Source: an uncultured bacterium (GTDB lineage: Bacteria > Armatimonadota > Hebobacteria > CAIYQO01). Taken from it: DNA of 64,000 nt. Where the stretch lies: positions 4,836 to 68,835 of the forward strand of contig CAZWZF010000019.1 of the NCBI GenBank assembly GCA_964638715.1, read 5' to 3'. The first letter of the stretch is position 1. Every line of letters starts with the position of its first letter. This document shows positions 1 to 9,722 of the stretch, in pieces. Below the pieces are notes generated by a model. The model worked only from the letters and a program-made list of their open reading frames with translations. It ran no database searches and had not been told where the DNA came from. The position numbers were made by a program, and so were the translations under genes.

Positions 1-1
1 T

Positions 2-1354
2 TTTACCCATTCGCAGGTGGCGTTCTACCGCATGAATATCTATTATAGAGTCATCTACCAGTCGTCCAATTACCAGCAGCAACCCGATAAGGGTGCTGGA
101 ATTCAGCGTCATTCCCAGTGGAATCAACAGCAGGATTGCCATCGCCAGGGAAACCGGGATGGTGGTAAGGCTGATAATAGTACCGCGCCATTCACCGAGG
201 AACAACAGGACGGCAATACCTGTCAGCAATATCGCTATCCCAAGTTCAACAAACATATTTTTGAATAGTATGCTGACGAAATGGGCGTTGTCATACGCGA
301 CATCAAATGTCACTCCAGGGTATTGCTGTTCCAATATTTTCAGCTCTTTTTTAATAGCGGCAATAACTTTTGGCGATGACGCGTCCGGGTCTTGCAAGAC
401 GGCGACTTCGATTGCATTATCGATGACTCCCTTGCCATCTTGCCAATGCAGGTAATGGTATCCGCTGCGGCGTTCCCAATGAGTATCATCTACAGTCGCA
501 ACATCGCGCAGGTAAACAACGCGGGGAATAGCAGCAGGGGAATTATTGGATGAAATTATCGGCAGGTTAAGCAAATCTTCCGGTTTTGCCACCTTGCTGT
601 TTAATCGCACTATCGTTTCATTATCGCCGGATGTTAATGTTCCGCCGGGTTTGGCGACATTGTATTTATCAATGGTATCGCGCACCGCGGTGATGCTCAT
701 GCCATAAGCTGCCAACTTGTTGCGGTCAACTATCACCTGCAATTGCCGTCGGTAACCGCCAAATGGCACCACCGAATAGACATTCGGTACCGTCTTCAGT
801 TTATTTACAATTTCATTATCAGCCAATTCGCGCAATTGGTCTTTTGTCCAACGACTATCTCCCGATAATGAAAGTGCCAGCACTGGCAGGTTAAGCGGGT
901 CAATGGCTAATACCCATGATGGTTTCAGATTTGCGCCAGTCGCCGGCAGGTTCGATTGTGCAACGTTCATCAATGCCTGCACATCAAACAGTGCCTTTTT
1001 CATATCGGTACCGTAGGGGAATTCCAACGATACAATCGACAGGCCATCCTGTGACGAAGAACGCAGATAACGCAAACCTTTAATATTAACCATCTGTTCT
1101 TCGATTGGCTTTGATATATATGTTTCCATCTCTTCGGCAGATAACCCCGGCATCATTGACACTATGCCAACCATTGGGCTTTCAACATAAGGCATCATGC
1201 GCCGCGGCATGTAAAAGCCGATTGCCAGAATTGACAGTATTACCACCCCGACGAAGAATGCAATCACCGGGTAAGGATGGTCAATGCTCCATTTGGAAAT
1301 ATTAAAAGCATGCGATTTATCGATATTTTTCTCGTCTTTTCTATCGCTGGTCAT
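2..1354 (-). CDS. RND efflux transporter permease subunit (CusA/CzcA/AcrB family), N-terminal part, runs off window edge
   Basis: Not in ORF track; translated by hand from ATG at 1354 (TAATG overlap with upstream stop): MTSDRKDEKNIDKSHAFNISKWSIDHPYPVIAFF...MPRRMMPYVESPMVGIVSMMPGLSAEEMETYISKPIEEQM...SSSQDGLSIVSLEFPYGTD, a typical RND N-terminus. Confidence 0.92.
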   Translation of the reverse strand, partial: MTSDRKDEKNIDKSHAFNISKWSIDHPYPVIAFFVGVVILSILAIGFYMPRRMMPYVESPMVGIVSMMPGLSAEEMETYISKPIEEQMVNIKGLRYLRSSSQDGLSIVSLEFPYGTDMKKALFDVQALMNVAQSNLPATGANLKPSWVLAIDPLNLPVLALSLSGDSRWTKDQLRELADNEIVNKLKTVPNVYSVVPFGGYRRQLQVIVDRNKLAAYGMSITAVRDTIDKYNVAKPGGTLTSGDNETIVRLNSKVAKPEDLLNLPIISSNNSPAAIPRVVYLRDVATVDDTHWERRSGYHYLHWQDGKGVIDNAIEVAVLQDPDASSPKVIAAIKKELKILEQQYPGVTFDVAYDNAHFVSILFKNMFVELGIAILLTGIAVLLFLGEWRGTIISLTTIPVSLAMAILLLIPLGMTLNSSTLIGLLLVIGRLVDDSIIDIHAVERHLRMGK

Positions 1355-3696
1355 TAATTCCCCTGTTTCTTATCAAAAGGTACATAATCCATGCCGCATT
1401 TCGGGCATTTACCCGGTTTGGTGCTTTCCATGTCCAGATCCATTGGACAATGATACCACTGTTGTTTCACCATTGGTTTTGTCATCGGCTTTTTATCAGT
1501 CATATTATTGCTTTTATTTAATATTGTGACTGAATCACCATCGTGCAGGTTGGACAAACCGGAAGTGATAACCACATCATTTTCTTTTATTCCACTTAAT
1601 ATTTCAGTGCGTGAATTATTAACCTGCCCAATAGTGACTGAAACGCGCTTAACTTTTGCCTGCATTCCGTCATCAGAAACGGTGTAGACACTGTATTCAC
1701 CGTCACGCACAATTAATGCGCTGGTGGGTACTGATAATTTTGAGGAGTTATTTTCGCCTAACAGCAATTCGACAGATAAATATTGACCGGGACGCAATCG
1801 ATTGCCGGTATTATGAATACGCGCTTCCACAATTGCTGTACGTGAGGTGGTATCTTGCGCGGGAAATATAGCCGATACCAATGCGGAAACCGGTTTGTTG
1901 GGTGCGTCGATACTATGCGCGCGGAGAGTTGTACCAACAGCGACCTTTGGCAAATAAGCTTCTGCAATGCTTACCTGAATACGGACAATATCAATTTTTG
2001 CAATTTTCATTATCGACATACCCGGTTGTACCAGAGTACCTTGCGGAATATTACGCGCTGTCACTACTCCGCTGATTCCCGCACGGATGGTGGTGTAGCC
2101 TTTTACAGTGCTGGCTTCCGCTAATGACGCGTTTGCCTGTTTTGCGGATTGGCTTGCCATACCTGCTTTTGCGGATGCGCCGGTTATAGTTGATTCTGCT
2201 GCCTGCACATCTGCCTGTGCTGTATCGACTCCGGCTTTCGCTTCGGCTATTTTTTGCTGTGCGCTGTCGCGTTCTGCCTGTGCCTGCTCTACCCGTGCTT
2301 CCGCGGTGGCAATTCCTGCCTGCGCTGCTTCCTGGCGCGCTTTAGCCTGCAGCACTTCCTGGTTTGCACGTTTTACATTCGCCTGCGCAGAACGCAGTGC
2401 CGCTTTCGCCTGGTTTAGTTTTGCCGTCGCGGTGGCTGCCTGGGCAGTCTCGCGGTCCAGTTCTTCTTTGGCTATCGCACCTTGCTCGTATAATTTCTTC
2501 TCCCGGGCAATCTCATCAGTCCAATACAGCACGTCTGCCTGGGCACTATCAACATCACCTTGTGCCTGGTTAACGGCTTCAGTGACGGCATCAACGCTGG
2601 CCATGCTGGTTAGCACCGCACTGTCGGCTTCCTGTGCCATTTTGCGGGTGGTATTTACATCGCTTTGTGCTGCTTTTAACGCACCGTCCGATGCTTTTGC
2701 TGCTGATTTAACCTGGGCGTATTGTGCCTGTGCCTGGTCAACAGTTTTTAATGTTTTGGCATATTCGGCCCTTGCCGTTGCTATGTCTGCATTCGCCGCC
2801 GATATTCCCTTGTTGGCACTTAATGAACCATATAGTGCCTGGGATTCCTTGGCAGCAAGTTCACTGGTATCCAACTGCGCCACTATCTGACTTGCAGTTA
2901 CTTTATCACCGGGATAGAACGGCATAGAAACCAGTCTGCCGGTTACCCGCGGGAAAACATCTACTTCCTGGTCAGGGATAACAGTGCCGGTGTAACTCAC
3001 GCTTGACTGGAAATTTGATGGTGTTACTTTTTCTGTTTCAACTGCCACAGTTCCCGGTGCTGCTTGCGCAGTCATATCCATATTTGCAGATGCGATAATG
3101 GTTGATGTTTTTGCGTCGCGATATTTATTCACTACTAAAATTGTGCCAATCAGTACGATAATTAATGTCAGTGTTCCGGCTATATATCCGCGGCTTTTTG
3201 CCGGGATGCGCCGATAAAAAATAATTGCAAGAAGAACCATTAAGATAATAAGTCCGATTATTATCTTCAACCATGGAATCTTAACACTGCTGTTTTTCGC
3301 GGTTATTCCTTTGCCGGTTTCAATGATGAATTGCGCTGTCCCGTCGCCATCCATTTTCATTCCTGGCATCTGCTGTACTGTCACGTCAACTTTCCATTGA
3401 CCCGCCATCGAAAAGTTTACTGTTGCACCATATTCGCCATCTTTTCTTCCCGGGGCGGCTTTTGCATCGGCTGGCATCGGCATGGTTGTCATATCAATAT
3501 GCACATCAACACCAGCACCGGTAAGCGGTTTATCGCCATCTTTAACATCGATAATAAGCAGGTTTTCACCGACGGTGGGGATAGCTGGCTGGGCTGATAA
3601 CCCGACGGTATATTTCCCGGCTTTTGTCATTTGCAAATCAGCGGCAAATACGCTGATGATTAATATCATTAATGCAAAAATTATAAATTTTCTCAT
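1354..3696 (-). CDS. RND periplasmic adaptor (CusB-like) with N-terminal YtkA/FixH-like domain, long alpha-hairpin and C-terminal heavy-metal-binding domain
   Basis: Signal peptide; Met-rich YtkA-like region (DMTTMPMP...FSMAGQWKV); lipoyl/barrel motifs (PRVTGRL..GDKV, IRAGISGVV, LRPGQY); C-terminal YHCPMD..KPGKCPKCGM. Confidence 0.9.
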   Translation of the reverse strand: MRKFIIFALMILIISVFAADLQMTKAGKYTVGLSAQPAIPTVGENLLIIDVKDGDKPLTGAGVDVHIDMTTMPMPADAKAAPGRKDGEYGATVNFSMAGQWKVDVTVQQMPGMKMDGDGTAQFIIETGKGITAKNSSVKIPWLKIIIGLIILMVLLAIIFYRRIPAKSRGYIAGTLTLIIVLIGTILVVNKYRDAKTSTIIASANMDMTAQAAPGTVAVETEKVTPSNFQSSVSYTGTVIPDQEVDVFPRVTGRLVSMPFYPGDKVTASQIVAQLDTSELAAKESQALYGSLSANKGISAANADIATARAEYAKTLKTVDQAQAQYAQVKSAAKASDGALKAAQSDVNTTRKMAQEADSAVLTSMASVDAVTEAVNQAQGDVDSAQADVLYWTDEIAREKKLYEQGAIAKEELDRETAQAATATAKLNQAKAALRSAQANVKRANQEVLQAKARQEAAQAGIATAEARVEQAQAERDSAQQKIAEAKAGVDTAQADVQAAESTITGASAKAGMASQSAKQANASLAEASTVKGYTTIRAGISGVVTARNIPQGTLVQPGMSIMKIAKIDIVRIQVSIAEAYLPKVAVGTTLRAHSIDAPNKPVSALVSAIFPAQDTTSRTAIVEARIHNTGNRLRPGQYLSVELLLGENNSSKLSVPTSALIVRDGEYSVYTVSDDGMQAKVKRVSVTIGQVNNSRTEILSGIKENDVVITSGLSNLHDGDSVTILNKSNNMTDKKPMTKPMVKQQWYHCPMDLDMESTKPGKCPKCGMDYVPFDKKQGN

Positions 3697-3709
3697 ATTA
3701 TTTATCCTT

Positions 3710-5026
3710 TTAAAAGTCTATTGTTTTCATTTCTATAGGTTTGTCGTTATCAGTAAAAGTAATTCCCATCGCCAGGTAAAGAGCAGCTATTGTAGTCCTG
3801 TATTGTGATTTCGCGATCACCAAACTTTGCCGCGCTTCTGTTAACGCACGCTGGACATCCAATAATTCAACAATAGTTCCTTTTCCTGCGCTATATCTCG
3901 CTTCTGCCACGGTATATGCTTCTGTTGCGGCAGTGACTTGAATCGTCGCGGTATCTATATTTTGTTTTGCTGCATTTACCCGCGCTTCTGCGCTTGCAAC
4001 ATCAGCGCGAACCTGTAATTCTACAACATCACGATTCGCGTTTGCCTTGATAATCGCCTGCTCTGCTTCGTTTGTTTCTGCTTTTCTCCGTCCACCATCA
4101 AGAATAGGCATTCCGGCAATCAGGCCAATGGTAAATCCAGCGGATTTATTCATATTTCTCGGTGCTGTCGCGTCTACCATTCCCACCGCATAAACTTGTG
4201 GTCGGTAATTGGCATTTAATGCCGATAGTGCTGCTTTTGCTGAATTTACACTATACCCGGATGCCAGCAAATCCGGTCTTTTTTTAAGTGCGGTTTCAAG
4301 GCTTTTTTCAATATTAACCGGAGTATCTTCATTGAAAGGTGTTGTTGAAATAGTATCAACCTTTACTCCCAGCGCCTGCGCCAGCATTGCCCGTGCTACG
4401 TTGACATCTGCCTGGCTATTGGTGACAAGCTGTTGGGCGTTTGCCATTTCAGCCTGGGCACGCAACAAGTCAAATCTTGGCACCTTGCCAACATCGAATA
4501 GTTGTTGAATAACCTGGGTATTTTTTGTTTGTGCAGTTAAAGTATCGTTTGCTATATTATGCATTGCCAGTGCTTGTACCCAATCAGAAAAGCGGACCCG
4601 GGCATTATAGGCAACTTGGGTACGAACCATTGCGACGTCCTGTTTTGCGGCATTGGCGGTAAATTGACCGGAGTTGATATTTGATTGAATACGTCCGCCG
4701 GTATATATCGGCAGCATTGCAGTACCATTAATTCCCAGTGAAGCGCGACCTTGTGACTGCAGCAATGCCTGCGGAATAACGGGAGCCGCCAGAACGTTTC
4801 CCATTGTCGAAAAAGTAGCCTGTCCGTTGGCAGATAATTGCAGTTTACCTTCCGATTGTATTGCTATTGTTCGTGAAGATGCCATATTTGCTTCTGCCTG
4901 CGCAGCAATCAGTGACGGGTGATGCGCAAGTGCCATTTTAACCGCGTCACTTTCTGTCAAAGTAGCAACATCCTGCCCGAAAGCCGATAACACTATTAGT
5001 ATCATAAAAAATATATTATATCGCAT
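3710..5026 (-). CDS. TolC family outer-membrane efflux protein
   Basis: Two OEP repeats (LPIYTGGR / MPILDGGR, RYSAGKGTIVELLDVQ); first gene of RND operon. Confidence 0.92.
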   Translation of the reverse strand: MRYNIFFMILIVLSAFGQDVATLTESDAVKMALAHHPSLIAAQAEANMASSRTIAIQSEGKLQLSANGQATFSTMGNVLAAPVIPQALLQSQGRASLGINGTAMLPIYTGGRIQSNINSGQFTANAAKQDVAMVRTQVAYNARVRFSDWVQALAMHNIANDTLTAQTKNTQVIQQLFDVGKVPRFDLLRAQAEMANAQQLVTNSQADVNVARAMLAQALGVKVDTISTTPFNEDTPVNIEKSLETALKKRPDLLASGYSVNSAKAALSALNANYRPQVYAVGMVDATAPRNMNKSAGFTIGLIAGMPILDGGRRKAETNEAEQAIIKANANRDVVELQVRADVASAEARVNAAKQNIDTATIQVTAATEAYTVAEARYSAGKGTIVELLDVQRALTEARQSLVIAKSQYRTTIAALYLAMGITFTDNDKPIEMKTIDF

Positions 5027-5074
5027 AAATATTCCTCGCGTCTGTATAGATTATATCATATTTATATTATAGAG

Positions 5075-5100
5075 GACGCAGATAGTGGGAGATAGGTTCC
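5075..5100 (-). promoter_or_regulatory. Putative ECF-sigma promoter (GGAAC-N17-CGTC) for the metal efflux operon
   Basis: Minus strand reads GGAAC CTATCTCCCACTATCTG CGTC, about 50 bp upstream of tolC start. Confidence 0.45.
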
Positions 5101-5158
5101 ATGGTTGATTATATATGTAGAAATATACAAGTTTCCATAATTCGTGATTGATTCAGGG

Positions 5159-5187
5159 TTGACAAATTTCCTTTGCATTCTCATAAT
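5159..5187 (+). promoter_or_regulatory. Sigma70-type promoter of polysaccharide cassette
   Basis: TTGACA (5159-5164), 17-bp spacer, CATAAT (5182-5187). Confidence 0.65.
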
Positions 5188-5274
5188 GTGTTCAATGGTT
5201 TGGGTAGAAATATACGTGTGGACAATAGGGTTCACTTATAAACTTCCCGAATACTTCGAAATGGTAAGCAATCA

Positions 5275-6492
5275 ATGAGAAACATTCCATTCTCCCCACC
5301 GGATGTCACCGATGCAGAGATTGAAGAAGTTATATTGGCAATGAAATCCGGCTGGATAACCACCGGACCGCGAACAAAAGATTTTGAACAAAAAATAGCA
5401 GAATTCGTGGGAGTAAATAAAGCCGTTTGCCTTAATTCTGCAACGGCTGCCATGGAATTAACGCTGCGTATTTTAGGCATTGGACCTGGTGATGAAGTAA
5501 TCACCACAGCTTATACTTACACCGCGTCAGCTTCTGTTATTGACCATGTAGGCGCAAAAATAATAATGATTGATACTGCGCCAGATTCGTTTGAAATGGA
5601 TTATTCAAAGCTGGCTGATGCTATTACCGATAAAACCAAGGCAATCATCCCCGTAGATATTGCCGGAAAAATGTGCGACTACGATGCTATTTTCACTGCT
5701 GTATTAAGCAAAAAGCATTTATTCAAAGCAAAAAATGATTTGCAGAAATTATTCAATCGGGTAATCGTGATGACTGATGCCGCTCATGCCTTTGGCGCGG
5801 TAAGGAATGATGCCAACTGTGGTCAGGTTGCAGACTTCACTTGTTTCTCGTTTCATGCAGTAAAGAACCTGACAACTGCTGAAGGTGGTGCTGTTGTTTG
5901 GCATAATGCTATCGGGTTGGATGATGAAGCCATATATAAAGAATTCATGTTATATAGCCTGCATGGGCAGTCTAAAGACGCGTTGGCAAAAACACAAAAA
6001 GGCGCATGGGAATATGATATCGTTTATCCCGCTTATAAATGCAACATGACAGATATCCTGGCTGGATTTGGATTAAAGCAGCTAAGCAGATATGACAGTA
6101 TGTTGAAAAGGCGGCGGGAATTAATTGAAATGTTTGATGATGCATTACAACCATTAGGTGTTAAGACACTTCAGCATTATGGAGAATATTTTTCATCGTC
6201 AGGCCATCTTTATTTAGTGCGTATACCGGGTATAACTGAAGCCATGCGAAATGAAATTATCTTAAAAATGGCAGATGCTGGCATTTCTTGCAATGTCCAT
6301 TATAAACCGCTGCCTATGTTCACCGCATATAAAAATTTAGGGTTTGACATAAATGATTACCACAACGCATACCAGCAATATATCAACGAAATAACCTTGC
6401 CGCTGCACACACTGCTCAGCGATGAGGATGTTAAGTATATTTGCGAGCAATTTAAAATTGCTTTAAATGAAGTTACTAAGCAGATTGGATGA
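5275..6492 (+). CDS. DegT/DnrJ/EryC1/StrS family PLP-dependent sugar aminotransferase
   Basis: SGWITTGP, NSATAA, DAAHAFG, FSFHAVKNLTTAEGG motifs. Confidence 0.95.
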   Translation: MRNIPFSPPDVTDAEIEEVILAMKSGWITTGPRTKDFEQKIAEFVGVNKAVCLNSATAAMELTLRILGIGPGDEVITTAYTYTASASVIDHVGAKIIMIDTAPDSFEMDYSKLADAITDKTKAIIPVDIAGKMCDYDAIFTAVLSKKHLFKAKNDLQKLFNRVIVMTDAAHAFGAVRNDANCGQVADFTCFSFHAVKNLTTAEGGAVVWHNAIGLDDEAIYKEFMLYSLHGQSKDALAKTQKGAWEYDIVYPAYKCNMTDILAGFGLKQLSRYDSMLKRRRELIEMFDDALQPLGVKTLQHYGEYFSSSGHLYLVRIPGITEAMRNEIILKMADAGISCNVHYKPLPMFTAYKNLGFDINDYHNAYQQYINEITLPLHTLLSDEDVKYICEQFKIALNEVTKQIG

Positions 6493-6493
6493 A

Positions 6494-7171
6494 ATGATGT
6501 ATAGACATTTTTTTAAAAGATTATTTGATTTAATGTTAGCGATAGTCGGTTTGCCGGTATTTATATTAATTTATATCGTCTTTGCGCCAGCTATTTTCCT
6601 GTCTGATAAAGGGCCGATTTTTTACAATGCAAAACGAATAGGCAGAAATGGCAAGCTATTTAAGATGTATAAGTTCCGTTCGATGAAAGTTGATGCGCCG
6701 GATATAAGATTAGAAGATGGTTCAACCTATAATGGTGAAGATGACCCCAGGGTAACAAAAGTCGGCAAGATTTTAAGAAAGACATCACTTGATGAGTCGC
6801 CGCAGCTTTTTAATGTATTATTCGGCGATATGAGCTTTGTCGGTCCCAGGCCAGACCCGCCTGATTGGCTTGATAGATATCCTGATGATGTGCGAGTGTT
6901 CTTAACGGTGCGTCCGGGGATTACTGGATACAGCCAGGCATATTTCAGAAATTCCGCTGATGGCGAAGAAAAGATGAGAAATGATGTCTTTTACGCGTTG
7001 AATTACTCATGCATGATGGACCTTAAAATTATCTTTAAGACGTTGGCGGTAATTCTAAAAACAGAGAATATGTATAAAGACGCTGCCAGCGAAATAACGG
7101 TTGAAAATAGTACTGTAAACGACAATCAAGTTAAAAATGAGGAGAATGTCGGTGCAGATATCAATTCCTGA
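6494..7171 (+). CDS. Bacterial sugar transferase (initiating phosphoglycosyl transferase, PglC/WcaJ-like)
   Basis: FKRLFDL, FKMYKFRSM, DPRVTKVG..LRKTSLDESPQ, GDMSFVGPRP, RPGITG; start moved to ATG 6494 just after upstream stop. Confidence 0.93.
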   Translation: MMYRHFFKRLFDLMLAIVGLPVFILIYIVFAPAIFLSDKGPIFYNAKRIGRNGKLFKMYKFRSMKVDAPDIRLEDGSTYNGEDDPRVTKVGKILRKTSLDESPQLFNVLFGDMSFVGPRPDPPDWLDRYPDDVRVFLTVRPGITGYSQAYFRNSADGEEKMRNDVFYALNYSCMMDLKIIFKTLAVILKTENMYKDAASEITVENSTVNDNQVKNEENVGADINS

Positions 7172-8222
7172 GTATGGAAGCGAGTTTGATTGGGATTCTA
7201 ATAATGCGTATATTAACGATGAACTTAAACAGTCGTATTTTCAGGGAGCAAAATATTTTCGAAGCGGAAGAGATTCATTAAAGGCTATCGCTTTAAAATA
7301 TAAAGGCAAATATAGGCAACTACTGCTTCCCGCGCTCTGTTGCCCTTCGATGGCTGCATCTTTTGAGATGAATGGTTACGATACTTCATATTTTAAACTG
7401 AATCAGGATATATCTGCTGACTTTGAAGATTTGTTATCAAAAATACAAAAAAATACCATTTTATTATACATGAATTATTTCGGAATACCTTCACTAACTG
7501 ATTCGCACCTGATTCACATAAGAGAGCAATATCAAGACATTATAATTATTGAAGATAGAACTCATGATATTTTCATAGATAGAAGCAAACAATTTATTCC
7601 AGATTATACGATATGTTCTATTCGTAAATGGTTAGCAATACCAGATGGTGGTATTCTGTATTCTCGATTTAAGCAGACTGATTTCCCCAGGATAAAAGAC
7701 GCCTATTTCGGTGATACCAGAAAAGATGCTTTGCTAATAAAAAGTGAATATATAAAGTCTGGAGATATTAATCTTAAAACTCTGTATAGAAATAAATTAT
7801 CGACTGCTAATGGTTACCTTGATATAAATAAGGATGTTGCTGACATATCTGATGAATCTGGTAAATTGTTAAAAAATATTGATTTTGAAAAAATATCACA
7901 GCGAAGGTGTGAAAATATCCAAGTTATGTCAGAAATGATAAAAGAAATCAGTTCAATGAAATCTATTTTAACAGATACGAATCAAAGCGCGCTTTATTAC
8001 CCGATATTAATCGAAAATAGAGATATAATTCAGCAGAAACTTGCTGTGAAAAATATCTATTGTCCGGTAATTTGGCCATTGCCAAAAATGGCAGAAGGTG
8101 TTTGTGAGTTATCTGATTATATTGCAAGTCACATGCTCGCATTGCCTTGCGACCAGCGTTACAATATAGACGACATAGAGCATATTATTACTGTCCTTAA
8201 AGAATTATTGAGGAATGAATAA
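7146..8222 (+). CDS. PLP-transferase-like (divergent DegT-related) protein
   Basis: SGRDSL, LLPALCC, YMNYFG, IIIEDRTH, SIRKWLAIPDGG, LALPCDQRY; GAGGAG RBS before ATG 7146. Confidence 0.7.
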   Translation: MSVQISIPEYGSEFDWDSNNAYINDELKQSYFQGAKYFRSGRDSLKAIALKYKGKYRQLLLPALCCPSMAASFEMNGYDTSYFKLNQDISADFEDLLSKIQKNTILLYMNYFGIPSLTDSHLIHIREQYQDIIIIEDRTHDIFIDRSKQFIPDYTICSIRKWLAIPDGGILYSRFKQTDFPRIKDAYFGDTRKDALLIKSEYIKSGDINLKTLYRNKLSTANGYLDINKDVADISDESGKLLKNIDFEKISQRRCENIQVMSEMIKEISSMKSILTDTNQSALYYPILIENRDIIQQKLAVKNIYCPVIWPLPKMAEGVCELSDYIASHMLALPCDQRYNIDDIEHIITVLKELLRNE

Positions 8223-9722
8223 ATGAAAAAAATAATGATATTGGGAGCCAGCATATTACAGGTGCCAGCTATTTTGAAAGCCAAAGAGATGGGGTTGCAG
8301 GTTGTTGCGGTTGATATGGATAAGAATGCGATAGGATTTAAAGATGCTGATATTTGCCTTGAAATAAGCACTATAGATATACAAGAAATAGTAAAAGCAG
8401 CTAAAAAATACCAGGTTGATGGCGTTATGACACTGGCGAGTGATATGCCGATGCGGTCTGTAGCCGCGGTGGCGAAGGAATTAAATATAGTTGGCATTAC
8501 TGAAGATACCGCATTAAAAGCTACCAATAAAGCCTTGATGCGGGGAGCCAGCATATTACAGGTGCCAGCTATTTTGAAAGCCAAAGAGATGGGGTTGCAG
8601 GTTGTTGCGGTTGATATGGATAAGAATGCGATAGGATTTAAAGATGCTGATATTTGCCTTGAAATAAGCACTATAGATATACAAGAAATAGTAAAAGCAG
8701 CTAAAAAATACCAGGTTGATGGCGTTATGACACTGGCGAGTGATATGCCGATGCGGTCTGTAGCCGCGGTGGCGAAGGAATTAAATATAGTTGGCATTAC
8801 TGAAGATACCGCATTAAAAGCTACCAATAAAGCCTTGATGCGGGAGTGCCTGCAAGCAAATAATGTCCCCATACCTGAATTTTTCAGAGTGAATAATTAT
8901 GAAGAATATTTAAAAGTGGTTCATCATTTTTCTGATAAGTTTATTGTAAAACCAGCGAATAATTCTGGAAGCCGCGGCGTTTTTCTGGTAAATGATAGAT
9001 CTGACCACGAATCTATAGAATATGCCTTTGAATACAGCAATAAATATTCACCGGGTGGTGAAATAGTAGTTGAAGAATATATGACCGGACCAGAAGTAAG
9101 TGTTGAAACCTTGAGTGTAACCGGCAAAGTAAATGTAATCGCAATTACTGATAAACTGACCACTGGTGCGCCAAAGTTTGTGGAGATGGGTCATTCACAG
9201 CCATCAACTTTACCAGATGATGTAATAGAGTCAATTAATGCTGTTGCGTGTGCCGCGGTTAATGCCATTGGAATTAAAAATGGCCCATCGCATACTGAGA
9301 TAATTGTGACAAAAGATGGCCCGAAAATAGTTGAACTCGGTGCAAGGCTTGGCGGCGACAATATTACGACACATTTAGTACCGCTATCAACAGGTGTAGA
9401 TATGGTTAAATGCTGTATTGAAATAGCTTTGGGTCAAGTTCCTGATTTGGAAAGAAAGATTAATATGGGTTCTGCGATCAGGTATTTTAAGACGAGTGCC
9501 GGTAAAATAATTAATATCAGCGGAGTTGACGAAGCCAGGCAGATAAAAGATGTTAAGCAGATAAGCTTTGTGAAAAATATTAATGATTTTGTTACTGAAA
9601 TCAGCAGCAGTTCGGATAGGATAGGATTTGTTATTTCACAGTCAAATACTGCAAATGAAGCAATAATGGCATGCAATAAAGCAATACATAAAATTACAAT
9701 CAGCATTGGTGAAAATGTATGA
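8223..9722 (+). CDS. ATP-grasp domain protein (sugar-modifying ligase-like) with duplicated 100-aa N-terminal segment
   Basis: IVKPANNSGSRGV, VVEEYMTGPEVSVE, HTEII..GPKIVELGARLGG; GASILQ...KALMR present twice. Confidence 0.9.
   Translation: MKKIMILGASILQVPAILKAKEMGLQVVAVDMDKNAIGFKDADICLEISTIDIQEIVKAAKKYQVDGVMTLASDMPMRSVAAVAKELNIVGITEDTALKATNKALMRGASILQVPAILKAKEMGLQVVAVDMDKNAIGFKDADICLEISTIDIQEIVKAAKKYQVDGVMTLASDMPMRSVAAVAKELNIVGITEDTALKATNKALMRECLQANNVPIPEFFRVNNYEEYLKVVHHFSDKFIVKPANNSGSRGVFLVNDRSDHESIEYAFEYSNKYSPGGEIVVEEYMTGPEVSVETLSVTGKVNVIAITDKLTTGAPKFVEMGHSQPSTLPDDVIESINAVACAAVNAIGIKNGPSHTEIIVTKDGPKIVELGARLGGDNITTHLVPLSTGVDMVKCCIEIALGQVPDLERKINMGSAIRYFKTSAGKIINISGVDEARQIKDVKQISFVKNINDFVTEISSSSDRIGFVISQSNTANEAIMACNKAIHKITISIGENV
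8243..8844 (+). repeat. Exact 300-bp tandem duplication inside ATP-grasp gene
   Basis: 8243-8544 is identical to 8543-8844 (lines 8281-8520 and 8581-8820 match base for base). Confidence 0.98.

Noticed and set aside
2108-2890. 260-aa plus-strand ORF rich in Ala/Cys/Ser
   Set aside because: Antisense shadow of the Ala/Gln-rich adaptor hairpin
8159-8872. 237-aa minus-strand ORF with internal repeat
   Set aside because: Antisense of the duplicated ATP-grasp segment
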